Notes: generated by a model not told the origin, from the sequence alone. Shown: positions 1 to 10,774, counted from the stretch's first letter. The stretch is 20,000 nt of DNA from Chiloscyllium plagiosum (GCF_004010195.1 NC_057752.1:14819279-14839278); one strand, 5' to 3'. Made by a program: numbers and translations.

Positions 1-245
1 TATCTGGGTGCCCTGCATTGACGCTGAAACCAGGGAGACAACACACCATCTTGAAGTTATATCTGTGTCTGCAGAAATAACTGTCCATTCCCCTATAATG
101 ACATGCCTATCACTGTTGATTTTTGAAACTTCCTCATGCTCCCTGTACAGCTGAGCCAGCCATGATGCGGAGGGCTTGGCTTTGACTGCACTCCTCAGGA
201 ACCATCATCCTCAAGTATTCAAAGCTAAATAGTAGCTGGAGAGTG
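1..245 (-). mobile_element. Degraded CR1 ORF1 (SGNH esterase N-terminal region) fragment
   Basis: Reverse strand reads MDSYFCRHRYNFKMVCCLPG, homologous to RCFCSRQREIRMMCCLPD in the CR1 ORF1 at ~16030-16085. Confidence 0.7.
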
Positions 246-304
246 TACTATACCTTTGCATTTGAGCTTTGCACTTCATACTTGATCCTCCTTGTAATGT
301 ACAA

Positions 305-337
305 TGTTTCCACATTGTAATGTAATCTAATCTAATC
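305..337 (+). repeat. Isolated HE1/HER1-type 3' tail with (TAATC)n
   Basis: tgtttccacattgtaatgtaatctaatctaatc resembles the SINE tails at 4130-4162 and 18184-18214. Confidence 0.6.
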
Positions 338-404
338 CTTGACACTTTTCTGCCTGCATATTTTGAGTGCATGGTGACCAGATAGACATGTGATCAACAG
401 AAGT

Positions 405-1058
405 GTATTCCATGGAGAAAGAAAGGCTCTGAGAAGGATGGTTACTAAGTAAGTTCAGGAGCTGTCAAATTTAAAAAAAAGAGAGGTGTACAGTTTGGTG
501 AAGGTTAGTGGTTTTCGGTTTAAAGAATGGGAACACTTTAGAAACAACTAAAGGATGACTAAGAAAATAATGAAGAGAGAAAAGTTAGAGTAATGAGAAG
601 AAACTAGCAAGAAATCTAAAAACCTACACTTTCAGACCCCAACAAATATATATAAAAAGGAAAAGAGTTGCTAAAGTGAGCATTGGGACCTCGGAGGGTG
701 TGACTGGACAATTGATCATGGGGAAATAAGGAAACACACTGCTAAAATTTCAGTCGAAGTTGAGACACTGAATGGGCTAAAAATTGATAAAAAGGTGATA
801 TTAGGAAAGTTGCAGTAGTTGATAAATAACCAGGACCTGAACAGTTGCATCTAAAGAACTAAGGATGGAAGATGCAGAGGTAACTAGCTATAATCTTTCA
901 ATTCTCAATTGATATGGAAGTAGTCCAGTGATCTGTAAGTTTTGTACCCTTGTTCAAAAAGGGTGCAAGGATAAATCCAACAGCTATACGCCAGTCAGTT
1001 AACTTCGGTAGTGGAAATACTTTTAGAAATAAGAATCTAGAACAAATCTAAAAGTCAC
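405..1058 (+). mobile_element. Old, frameshifted CR1 ORF2 fragment (linker to RT N-terminus)
   Basis: Broken motifs KRKRVAKVSIG, DK.PGP..LH, VPLFKKG and Y.PVS.TSVV..LLE. Confidence 0.75.
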
Positions 1059-1059
1059 T

Positions 1060-1817
1060 TGGAATGCGAGGTGCTGCGTTTTGGGAAAGCAAATCTTAGC
1101 AGGACTTCTACACTTAATGGTAAGGTCCTAGGGAGTGTTGCTGAACAAAGAGACCTTGGAGTGCAGGTTCATAGCTTCTTGAAAGCAATAAAGTTTCAAC
1201 ATACTTTCATTATTGGTCAGAGTATTGGATACAGGAGTTGGGAGGTCATTTTGCCGCTGTACAGAACATTGGTTTGGCCACTGAGAGTAATAGAGATGTA
1301 CAGCATGGAAACACACCCTTCAGTCCAACCCGTCCATGCCGACCAGATATCCCAACTCAACCTAGTCCCACCTGCCAGCACAAGGCCCATATCCCTCCAA
1401 TCCCCTTCTATTCATATACCTATCCAAATGCCTCTTAAATGTTTCAATTGTACCAGCCTCCACCACATCCTCTGACAGCTCATTCCATACACGTACCACC
1501 CTCCGTGTGAAAAAGTTGCCCTTGGGTCTCTTTTATATCTTTCTCCTCTCACCCAAACCTATGCCCTCGAGTTCTGGCCTCCCTGACCCCAGGGAAAAGA
1601 CTGCCAATTTACCCTATTCATTTTGGAATATTGTGTGCAATTCTGGTCTCCTTCCGATTGGAAGGATGTTGTGAAACTTGAAAGCATTCAGAAAAGATTT
1701 ACAAGGATGTTGCCAGGGTTGGAGGATGTGAGCTATAAGGAGAGGTTGAATAGGCTGGGGCGGCTTTCCCTGGGGTGTCGGAGGCTGAGGGGCATGAGCA
1801 TGGATAGGATAAACAGA
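1060..1817 (+). mobile_element. CR1 ORF2 C-terminal fragment, interrupted at 1283-1620
   Basis: CEVLRFGKAN...EQRDLGVQVH...LYRTLV.P continues after the insert as LEYCVQFWSP...QKRFTRMLPGL. Confidence 0.85.
1283..1620 (-). mobile_element. CR1 3' end fragment inserted antisense into another CR1
   Basis: Reverse strand has the RG.FFT.RVV..WN.L motif followed by a CR1 3' UTR (gttggactgaagggtgtgtttccatgctgtacatctctat). Confidence 0.85.
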
Positions 1818-2199
1818 TGCCCTTTTTAAATGGGCAGTCCCTAAGCTTTAAACAGCAACCCCTTGTACTAGATTCTTTCCACATCTGCTTTGTCACAACC
1901 CACAGGACCTTGTATGTTTCAATCAAGTCATTTCTTACTCTTCTAAACTCCAGTGGAGACAAGCCCAGCCTGTCCAACTGTTTCCTCATGAGACGACCCA
2001 CCCATTCCAGATATTAGTCAGGTAAATCTTCCCTAAAATGTTTCCAAAACATCTTCATCCTTCCTTAAATAAGGAGACTAATTCTATACGCACTACTCTA
2101 GATGTGATATCATTAGTTTCCTGTATAATTGAAGTATAACCTCTCTACTTTTGTATTCAATTCTCCTCCCAGTAAATTATAACATTGTTAGCTTTCCTA
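1818..2199 (-). mobile_element. CR1 ORF2 C-terminal fragment
   Basis: Reverse strand gives IEYKSREVILQLY and LDRLGLSPLEFRRVRNDLIETYK (ORF 1699..2001). Confidence 0.8.
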
Positions 2200-3134
2200 G
2201 TGGTGAACAGTGGGGTATCCCAAGGGGTCGGTGTTAGGTTGCATACTTTTCTTGATATATATTCATGACTTGGATTTGGGTACGCAAGGCACATTTCAAA
2301 ATTTGTCAATTACGTACAATTTGCAAATCCTGTGAAGTGGATAGTGGTGGATTTCAAGACATGAATAACTTGGTGGAAAGAGCAAATGTATGGCAGACAA
2401 AATTTAGTGCAGGAAGAATGGGGAACAATAGTACAAAATAACATATTCTAAAGCGTTTGAGGAGCAGAGAGACCTGATGGAACATGTGCACAAATTGTTG
2501 GAGGTGGCAGGGTAGGTTGAGAAAGTACTGAAGAAGGGTCACTGGTGATTTCTCTCCACAGATGCCGTCAGACCTGAGCTTTTCCAGCAATTTCTGTTTT
2601 TCTTTCAGATTTCCAGTTCTTTCAATTTTTTAAAATTTAGTTTGAGAAAGTGTTGCCTGGATTAAAGTGTATTAACTGTAAAGGAGAGGTTGAATTAACT
2701 TTGATTGTTTTGGACAAATGTGGATTTTTTTTTTCCCAGGGCATCAAAGGCTGTGGGGTGACTGGATAGAAGTATAAAATTATGAGATACATGGTTAGGT
2801 TGGATAGTCAAAGTCTCTTTGCCAGGCTGGAAATGTCAAATACTAGGAGGCATAGCTTTAAGATGAGGAGAGGTGGGTGGGGGAAGGTTTAGGGGAGATA
2901 TGCACCATAAGTGTTTTTACTTGGATGTTAGTAGGTGCCTGGAAGGTGCTGTCAGTGGAGGTGGAAGGAGCCGATATGATAGCAAAAGAGGCAGACACGT
3001 GAACAGGCAGCGAATAGAGGAATACAGACCAGGCAGGTGGGATTACCTTAGAATAGCATTATGGTTGGTACCGGCCATGATCAGCTGACCTGTTCCTGAG
3101 CTATATACTGTTATACTGTTTTATGTTCTACGTT
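2200..3134 (+). mobile_element. CR1 ORF2 RT core fragment(s) and 3' end, interrupted at 2527-2641
   Basis: VNSGV.QGSVLG..LFLIYI.DLD at ~2203-2280, TR.HSFK at ~2840-2862, and a ctgttcc...tatgttcta tail near 3090-3134. Confidence 0.75.
2527..2641 (+). mobile_element. Short Penelope-like terminal fragment with a partial hammerhead core and 10-bp TSD
   Basis: Starts CTGAAGA-AGGGTC, followed by ctctccacagatgc...tttccagcaatttctgtttt. Flanked by ttgagaaagt at 2517-2526 and 2642-2651. Confidence 0.65.
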
Positions 3135-3137
3135 AAT

Positions 3138-3498
3138 TGCACTCAATGACTTGGCTTCCACGGTTTTCTGTGACAATGCGTTCCACAGATTAACCACCCT
3201 CTCGCTGAAGAAATTCTTCCTTATCCCAGTTCTAAAGGATCAGCCTTTCACTTTCAGTCTGGCTCTCGGTTCCCACTGTATCTAGGCCTCTTAGTATTCC
3301 AGAAGTTTCAATGAGATTTCCCTCTCTTTAGGTACATGGATGGGATAGGTATGGAGGGACATGGCTGAAATGCAGGCAAAAGGGACTTGTTTATATTGTG
3401 AAAACTGGGCAGCATAGGCAAGTTGGGCCGAAGGGCCTGTTTGCAAGCTGTGGACTTCTATGGCCCATCCTTCTAAACTCCATAGAGTATAGACCTGA
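3138..3498 (-). mobile_element. CR1 C-terminal fragment split by a + strand CR1 3' tail (3326-3462)
   Basis: Reverse strand has NFFSERVVNLWNAL. The host resumes (ccttctaaactcca) after an insert ending gttgggccgaagggcctgtttgcaagctgtggacttctatg. Confidence 0.7.
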
Positions 3499-3579
3499 CA
3501 TGGTTATTTTTGAAAAATATGAGATTGCAGAAGTGTGCTCGTTAGTTAATGAAATATGACCTATTTTTCCTCCATGTAG

Positions 3580-3704
3580 GTATGCATAGTGGATACTGGT
3601 GTAAGAGGGACCATTGCAGTAGGATTAGTCCCTCAGTATTACAAGCTGGATCATCAGCCAGGATGGCTTCCACATTCTGTTGCCTACCATGCAGATGATG
3701 GGAA
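3580..3704 (+). CDS. SPRYD3: Internal coding exon (125 bp, phase 0 to 2) of a SPRY domain-containing protein 3 (SPRYD3/SPRYD3-like) gene
   Basis: Acceptor tttttcctccatgtag|G and donor AA|gtgagt. Translates VCIVDTGVRGTIAVGLVPQYYKLDHQPGWLPHSVAYHADDG(K), which closely matches the vertebrate SPRYD3 segment as I recall it (VSIVDSGVRGTIAVGLVPQYYSLDHQPGWLPDSVAYHADDGK). Missed by the ORF track. Confidence 0.93.
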
Positions 3705-3852
3705 GTGAGTAATACAGAAAATTTGAGAATGAAAGTAATCTACCTGAAATGTCTTTGCTCTGTTCTTATTACAGTGGAAGCTGTTACAGCAATAATTATT
3801 TATGCAGAACGTTATCACTTTCTGAAATATCTCAAACTGCTTTACTGCTTTT

Positions 3853-4162
3853 GGGCGGCACGGTGGCACAGTGGTTAGCACTGCTGCCTTTCAGTGCCTG
3901 AGACCTGGGTTCAATTCCCACCTCAGGCGACTGACTGTGTGGAGTTTGCAGGTTCTCCCCGTGTCTGCGTGGGTTTCCTCCGGGTGCTCCGGTTTCCTCC
4001 CACAGTCCAAAGATGTGCAGGTCAGGTGAATTGGCCATACTAAATTGCCCGTACCCTTAGGTAAGGGGTAAATGTAGGAGTATGGGTGGGTTGCGCTTCG
4101 GCGGGGCGGTGTGGACTTGTTGGGCCTATTTCCACACTGTAAGTAATCTAATCTAATCTAAA
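3853..4162 (+). mobile_element. HE1-family SINE (tRNA-derived V-SINE), near full length
   Basis: A-box TGGCACAGTGG, B-box GGTTCAATTCC, V-domain tgtgtggagtttgca...gggtttcctccgggtgctccggtttcctcccacagtccaaaga and a (TAATC)n tail. Confidence 0.92.
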
Positions 4163-4480
4163 GATGATTAGAGGTTTAGATAGGGTTGACCATGAGAACC
4201 TTTTTCCACGTATGGAGTCAGCTAATACGAGGGGGCATAGCTTTAAATTAAGGGGTGGTAGGTATAGGACAGATGTTAGGGGTAGGTTCTTTACTCAGCG
4301 AGTCGTGAGTTCATGGAATGCCCTGCCAGTAGCAGTGGTGGACTCTCCCTCATTATGGGCATTTAAGCGGGCATTGGACAGGCATATGGAGGATAGTGGA
4401 CTAGTGTAGGTTAGGTGGGCTTGGATCGGCGCAACATCGAGGGCCGAAGGGCCTGTACTGCGCTGTATTCTTCTATGTTT
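4163..4480 (+). mobile_element. Young 5'-truncated CR1 3' end
   Basis: Uninterrupted ORF 4164..4409 (TRGHSFKL..GRFFTQRVVSSWNALP..FKRALD), then 3' UTR gggccgaagggcctgtactgcgctgtattcttctatgtt. Confidence 0.92.
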
Positions 4481-4784
4481 CATGCATAGTGAATTACTTT
4501 CAAGTACAGTGATTTGCGTTGTCTTGTCCATTTGTACATCAAAGATTCCACAAACCGAGTTTATAAATGAGTACTCTCCAGTTCTCCTTTGACATCAAAG
4601 CAGCACTTGAGCAAGAGGTAGGTAGCATCAAGGAGCATAAGTAAAGTTGGATGGGAATCAGGGGAAAATTCTCCACTTTTCTGAGTCATTCTGAGCAGAA
4701 GGATGTTTGTGGTTGTTAGGCAACCAGTCCCGTCAGCCTAAGGAAGTTCTTCAGAGTAGTATTCTAGATTAAACCAGATTTATC

Positions 4785-5915
4785 TGCTTCATCAATGACC
4801 TTACCTTCAACACAATTTCCTAAGTGGGGATGTTTGCTGATAATTTCTGTGTTCTGTTCCATCCAGAACACCTCATATTCATATGCAGCAAGACCTGGAC
4901 AATTTTCAGGCTTGGGCTGATAAATGACAAATAACAGCAGAGAATCTAACCATTGCCCCTTAGCTTTCAATGACACCACCTAGCTAAATTCTGTACTAAC
5001 AACATCCTGGGGGTGGCCATTGACCAGAAACTGAACTGAACTAGCCACATAAACATAGTGGCTACAAGGACTGGTCAGAGACTAGGAATCCAGCAGCGAC
5101 AAACCCATTTCTTGATTCATGGAATCCCTACAGTGTGAAGCACATCATTTGGCCCATTGAGTCCAGACTGACATTTTGAAGAGAAGTCCACCCAGACCTT
5201 GGCCCCACACTCCTACTCGATCCCTGTAAACCCGCATTTCCCATGCCCCAGTCTTCCTAGTCTGCACATCTCTGGACACTATGGACAATTTATTGTGGCC
5301 AATCCACCTAACCTGCACATTTTAGGATTGGGGGAGGAAACCGGAGCGCCCTGAGGAAACCCACGCAGACACTGGGAGAACATGCACACTCCACACAGAC
5401 AGTTGCCTGAGGCTGGAATCAAACCTAGGTCCCTGATGCAGTGCTAACCACTGAGCCATCATGACTTGCCAAAGCATGCGCACTATCTCCAAGGCACAAA
5501 TCGGGTGTGTTGGAATACTCCCCACTTGACTGGCTGAGTGCAGCTCTAAAGACACTCAAGAAGCTTGACACTATTCAGCGCAATGCACCCTTTTTGCCTG
5601 GTGCCACATCCACTGCCTTGAACAGTCACTTCCTTAGCCACTATGCACACTGGCAGCAGCAAGTACCATCTACAAGATGCACTGCAGCAATCCAGCAGCA
5701 CTCCTTCAGGCACCTTCCAAACTTGCTATTTCCTACTCCTTGAAGGTGAAGAGCAGCAGATGTGTGTGAACACTACCACCTGCCAATTCGCCCCTCATCC
5801 CGACCTGAGTGGGAATTAGAGCGCCATTTCTTTTTTGTTGCTGGATCAGAATCCTGGAGTTTCCTCCCGAGCTCCTGCATTAAGTGGACCTCAGTAATTC
5901 AAGAAAATGGCCGAT
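4785..5915 (+). mobile_element. Second LINE lineage (CR1/L2 group): RT core to 3' region, interrupted by a SINE
   Basis: FINDL...VGMFAD, MQQDLDNFQAWADK, IDQKLN.TSHIN.VA...GQRLGI; after the insert, LEYSPLDWLSAALKTLKKLDTIQ. Confidence 0.8.
5118..5463 (-). mobile_element. HE1-family SINE (diverged)
   Basis: Reverse complement of the V-domain (gaggaaaccggagcgccctgaggaaacccacgcagacac) and the tRNA head (gtgctaaccactgagccatc). Confidence 0.88.
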
Positions 5916-6099
5916 AAACCAATTTTTAAATAAAAGTCTCTCCAACAATTTCAAGGGCTACACTATTGCTTGCCCCATTTTTTTTAGGATACTTGAATGT
6001 ATCCCATCATTTATTTTTGATGGGGTCATGTTCAAGAGGGGGCTTTAATCTAAAGAGAATGCTTTGCTAATCCTGGCACGGGAGTAATTGCTGGCAACA

Positions 6100-6268
6100 G
6101 TGTGCAAAGAGTTTTACTTTGGCTTTAAAAGAGTAGAGGGAGCTTTATTTTCAGTTTACTTACAATTGAAAAGAGTAGAGGGAGCTTTACTCTGTATTTA
6201 TCCCCTTGCTGTCCCTGTCTTGGGACTGTTTATAGTGTAGCAAGAGCATTGTTCTGTATCTAACCCTT
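6100..6268 (+). repeat. Degenerate repeat of an 'agagggagctttactctgtatctaac' unit
   Basis: Exact 21-bp direct repeat aaaagagtagagggagcttta at 6127-6147 and 6169-6189, with degenerate copies near 6100-6119 and 6235-6266. Confidence 0.65.
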
Positions 6269-6597
6269 AACTAATGGCGATGTGATTAAATGCTGGTTCT
6301 CATTTGATGCACCAGCATGATCAGTGCTGAGAGTCCCAATCAGTTCAGTCTCTGGTGTCATGATCGCTATTTGTGTGGAAAATGGCAGACATTTACTTTT
6401 GAGACAGTACTTCACAAGACTTCTGTTTTGTCACTCTTACGTGGATTTGCTTAATAGCACCCTTATCTGTTTTTCTTAGTTCTTGATCTGCTATTGTGAT
6501 AGGAGCAGATTGTGGGGTGTTAGTGGCTTGCAGCAACTGATACATTTCGGTCTAAGAAGTTGGATGGCTGATTTTTTTTTTTCTATTGTTTAAATAC

Positions 6598-6647
6598 TTT
6601 CATGGGATGTAGGCATTGCTGGCAAGGCCAGAATTTGTGCCTATCCA
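6598..6647 (-). mobile_element. 3' tail of a tRNA-derived SINE whose body lies at 10161-10441
   Basis: ttcatgggatgtaggcattgctggcaaggccagaatttgtgcctatcc joins ccctaatttccttgagctgagtgg at 10161, matching a shark SINE sequence recalled from memory. Confidence 0.6.
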
Positions 6648-9626
6648 CAGAACACAACTGTACAGAACAGGGACAGGCCCTCTGTCCACTATGTCTGCAC
6701 TGACCATTCTAAACTAATCCCATCTGCTTGCACATGGTCTGTATCCCTCTATTGCCTGCCTGTTCTGTATATCTGTCTAAATGCCTCTTAAACTTTACTA
6801 TCGTGTCTGCTTCTGTCATCTCCCCTGGCAGCATGTTCCAGATGCCGACCATCCTTTGCGTTAAATATTTGCCTCACACATCTCCTTTAAACTTTTCCCC
6901 TCTCACCTTAAACTTATGCTCCTCAGTATTTGACATTTCCATCCTGAGAAAAACATTCAGAGAGAGTATATTCAAAAAGACTATAATCAGAAAGATTATC
7001 CGTCTTTCCATGCAACTCATAGTCTTATGTACTTCTATCAGATTGCTCCTCAGCCTCTGACGAAAACAACCTAGCCCCTCATAATAGCTAAAACACTCCA
7101 ATCCAAGCAACATCCTGGTAAACGTCTTTTGCACTCTCTCCAAAGCCTTTCTGTAAAGTGGAAATCGGAACTGCACACAACACACAAGTGGCCGAACTAA
7201 AGTTTTACACAACTGCAAAATGACTTGCCAACTTTTATCAATGCCCTGACCAGTGACGTCGAGCATGCTGTATGCCTTCTTTAGCACCTTATCCACTTGC
7301 GTTGCCACTTTCAGGTAGCTATGGACTTGGACCCCAAGATCCATCTGTACATCAGTGCTCCTAAGAGTCCTGCCATTTCCTCTTGCACTTGATCTTCCAA
7401 AAGGCATCACATGTCTGGATTAAACCCCATCTGCCATTTCTCTGCCAAATGTTCCAACTGATCTATATCATGTTGGAACCTTTGATAACCTTCCTCACTA
7501 TCCACAACTCCATCAGTTTTTGTATTGCCTGCAAACTTACAAATCAAACCTCTTATATGTATAAATGAATTGGATGAAAATATATTACAAAATGAGATCC
7601 TATCATGATCCTTTGCGGAATACCTCCATTCAGAAAATCATACCTCCACAACTACCCTCTGTCTTCCATGACCAATTTTGTAGAAAAGTTACCTACTCAC
7701 TATGGATTAAATTTCTGGTCCAATGTACCTTGAGGCACCTTGTTAAATGTTTCAGTTAAATCCATGTAGATAACATCAACTTCTGCTGACTATACCTAAA
7801 AAGTTCATTCTTTTCCAAATGTGAGTAAATCCCATCCCTAAGAATCTTCTCCAATAATTTCCATACCGCTGACGTAAGGCTCACTGGTCTATAATTCCCT
7901 AAATTATCCCTATTGCCTTTCTAAAACAAAGAAATGACATTGGCTATTCTCTAGTCTTCTAGGACCTTGTCTGTAGCAAATGACAACACAAAGATCTCCA
8001 TCAAGGCCCCAGCAATCTCCTCTCCTGCCTGTCACAATATCCTGGGATAGCTCCCAGTAGGCCATGAGGACTTATCAAACTTGATGTTTTTCTAGACACA
8101 CAGCATCAACTCCTTCTTAATATTGACATGCCCTAGAATATCAGCATAAACCTCCCTGATCTTACCATCATCCATATCCTTATCTTCGGCGAATAACGAT
8201 GAAAAGTTCTCATTAAGGATCTCGCTATTTCCTCGAGCTCCATGCATAAACTCCCCCCTTCTTGAGTGTACCGACTTTTACCTAACTTCTTGCTCCTAGT
8301 ACAGGTATACGTATAAAATGCCTTGCGATTCTCCTGAATCCTACTTGCTAAGGGCATTTCATGGCCCCTTTTACCCATCCTAATTCCTTACTAAAGTTCT
8401 TTTCTGCTTACTTTATATTCCTCAAGAACCTTGTCTGATTTCACTTTCCAAAACCCTACATCTGCTTCCTTTTCCTTTTTGTCTAAGCTTTCGATATCTC
8501 TTGTCATCTAGGGTTGCTGAATCATGCCATTCTTATCTTTCATCCTCACAGGAGCATGCTGGTCCTGACCTCTGATCAGCTGACATTTAAAAGACAGAAA
8601 TGTGGATTTGCCCATAATCTCATTTCTCCAGTTTGTGCCTACTACTGCTTTAATTAGCCTTCCCTCAATTTCACCTGAGGACAGCTTATCCATTTCACCT
8701 TATCCATAACTATCTTAAAGCTTACGATCATTGGTTCCAAAATGCTCCCCCACTGAAAGTTCAACTACCTGGCCAGGCTCATTTCCCAATACAAGGTCTA
8801 GTACAGTCCTTTTACTCATTAGACTATTTACATATTCTTTTAGTAAACCCTCCTGGGGATGCACCCAACAAATTCTGCTCCATCTAAGGCCCAGCACAAA
8901 GGAAGTGGGTGGCACGGTGGCACAGTGCTGGGCGGCATGGTGGCACAGTGGTTAGCACTGCAACCTCACAGCGCCAGAGACCCAGGTTCAATTCCTGCCT
9001 CAGGCGACTGACTGTGTGGAGTTTGCACATTCTCCCCGTGTCTGCGTGGGTTTCCTCCGGGTGCTCCGGTTTCCTCCCACAATCCAAAAACGTGCAGTTA
9101 GGTGAATTGGCCATGCTAAATTGCCCGTAGTGTTAGGTGAAGGGGTAAATGTAAGGAAATGGGTCTGGGTGGGTTACGCTTCAGCAGGTCGGTGTGGACT
9201 TGTTGGGCCGAAGGGCCTGTTTCCACACTGTAAGTAATATAAAAAATCTAAGTCACAGTCAATACAAGGGATTTTTAAATAAAAAATCACCCACTGCAAC
9301 AACCCTACTATTTTTACATCTTTCCAAGATCTGCCTACATATCTGTTCCTCTATCTCTTGCTGGCTATAGTGAGGCTTGTTGTATAACCCCAACATAGTG
9401 ATTGTACCTTTCTTATTCCTAAGCTTTACCCATATGGCCTGACTAGATGAGCCCTCTAAGATGCTCCTTAATCAATAATGTAACTCCCCACCCTTTACAT
9501 CACCCAGTCTCACACCTGAAACATCTAAACCCTGGAATATTGAGCTGCCAGCCCTGCCCTTCTAGTTTCTGTAGTGGCTGCAACATCATAGTTCCATATA
9601 TTAGCCCAGGCTCTAACCTCACCTGC
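6648..9626 (-). mobile_element. Long degraded CR1 LINE (ORF2 endonuclease, RT, C-terminus, 3' UTR)
   Basis: ORFs 6874..7410 (DLGVQVH..CVQF..LERVQKTFTRML), 8133..8378 (RGHE..LASRIQEN.KAFY.Y) and 8715..8915 (LDLVLGNEPGQV..EHFG..D). The 3' tail is at 6648-6720. Confidence 0.9.
8907..9247 (+). mobile_element. HE1-family SINE with duplicated 5' head, inserted antisense in the CR1
   Basis: A/B boxes, V-domain and tail gttgggccgaagggcctgtttccacactgtaagtaat. The host CR1 resumes at ~9250 with a short aagt duplication. Confidence 0.92.
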
Positions 9627-10085
9627 CTTACCTTGCCTCATAATCTGTTAAAATAGGAGTGACCTAGAACTCCACTATTTAAAAAAAAATATCAATTTTG
9701 TTCTTTTAACTCTGAAAGTGACCATTAAACGACAACTATTTACAACTCTAAACCTACTTTCTCTTAAAGGTCTGTTATCTACCTCCCACTCTATAACAAC
9801 ATACTAATCCAATAAAAGCCCCTATTAAAGTTATATCTACTTAATTTTCGAAACCAGATAGCAGCTATCGTCGTTAGTGACTGTCTTCCTCTGGCTATTG
9901 ATCTCCCTGGGTCGTCATTGGTCTTTTGCGCAAAGATGTTTCATGTGAAAAAGGTAGCTTTGATAGAGTGTGTTTTGGATGGCAGTCTCTCTCTCTAAGT
10001 GGCAGGTTGTCACTCTGTCTCACTGGCTAACTGTCAAAATGCCGGTTTTTATATACTCCAAGTCTCGGATCGTCTCATTGGAAAT
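9627..10085 (-). mobile_element. Possible LTR fragment
   Basis: Non-coding. The reverse strand shows CCAAT (ccaatga at ~10075-10081) then TATA (gtatataaaa at ~10047-10056), and a degenerate polyA-like signal near 9695-9705. No paired LTR or TSD seen. Confidence 0.4.
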
Positions 10086-10160
10086 TCATCCGATCTTCTC
10101 AGTTGTGGTGAGCGAGCTGACCTCTCCCAGAATCCTCCTCAGTCACTTCTCACTACAGCC

Positions 10161-10441
10161 CTAATTTCCTTGAGCTGAGTGGCTTGCTTGGCCATTTCCA
10201 AGGGCATTTAAGAATCAGGCACATGTAGACCAGACCTGGTAAGCAAAGCAGGTTTTCTATCTGGAAGGATACTAGTGAACCAGATGAGTACTATTGACAA
10301 TCGATGATTAAATTTAATTTCAGATTTTATTGAATTGAAATGTTACGACCTGTCACAGTAGCGTTCCAATCCATGTCCCCAGAACATTAGCCTGGGATTC
10401 TGGATTAATCATCCAGTGACATTGCCATGAACAGCCTCGCC
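10161..10441 (-). mobile_element. Head and body of a second, older tRNA-derived shark SINE
   Basis: Reverse strand reads gtcactggatgattaatccagaatcccaggctaatgttctggggac, then a degenerate B-box, then ttcaattcaataaaatctg...catctggttcactagtatccttc. Confidence 0.65.
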
Positions 10442-10774
10442 ATTTCCCTGTCATCTGGCAAATTGCACAGTGCAGGTGGATTGAAATACAAGCAGAAATA
10501 ATTGAAGAAAAAGGTGGAAGAAAAGCTTAACCCTGTATTTTTCTTGACAGTATTTCTGTACTTGCATGAATTTTGTTTACTTCCCCTTCATAAAAAAAAG
10601 ACTTTTTTTTTGTTCATTTTTAAAATTTGAGAGCAGCGAGCTTGTATGATTTGCAGCTCAGCCTGTTTTTGTGTGACAATGTTAATTTCATGTTGAAGAT
10701 GTGGAATTGTGTTTTCTGATGATAAAGACTCCTGAGTTCCTTTTTTAATGAACTGATTATTTTTAATTCTGCAG

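Noticed and set aside
1818..2526. Twin-priming 5' inversion of a single CR1, since the two arms are adjacent in protein coordinates
   Set aside because: The + arm is followed by further + strand CR1 3' sequence after 2651, and the arms look like different subfamilies. Two independent insertions are simpler; consensus alignment would settle it.
3853..3925. tRNA genes at SINE heads
   Set aside because: A/B boxes are present but continue into the V-domain and LINE-like tail, with no complete cloverleaf.
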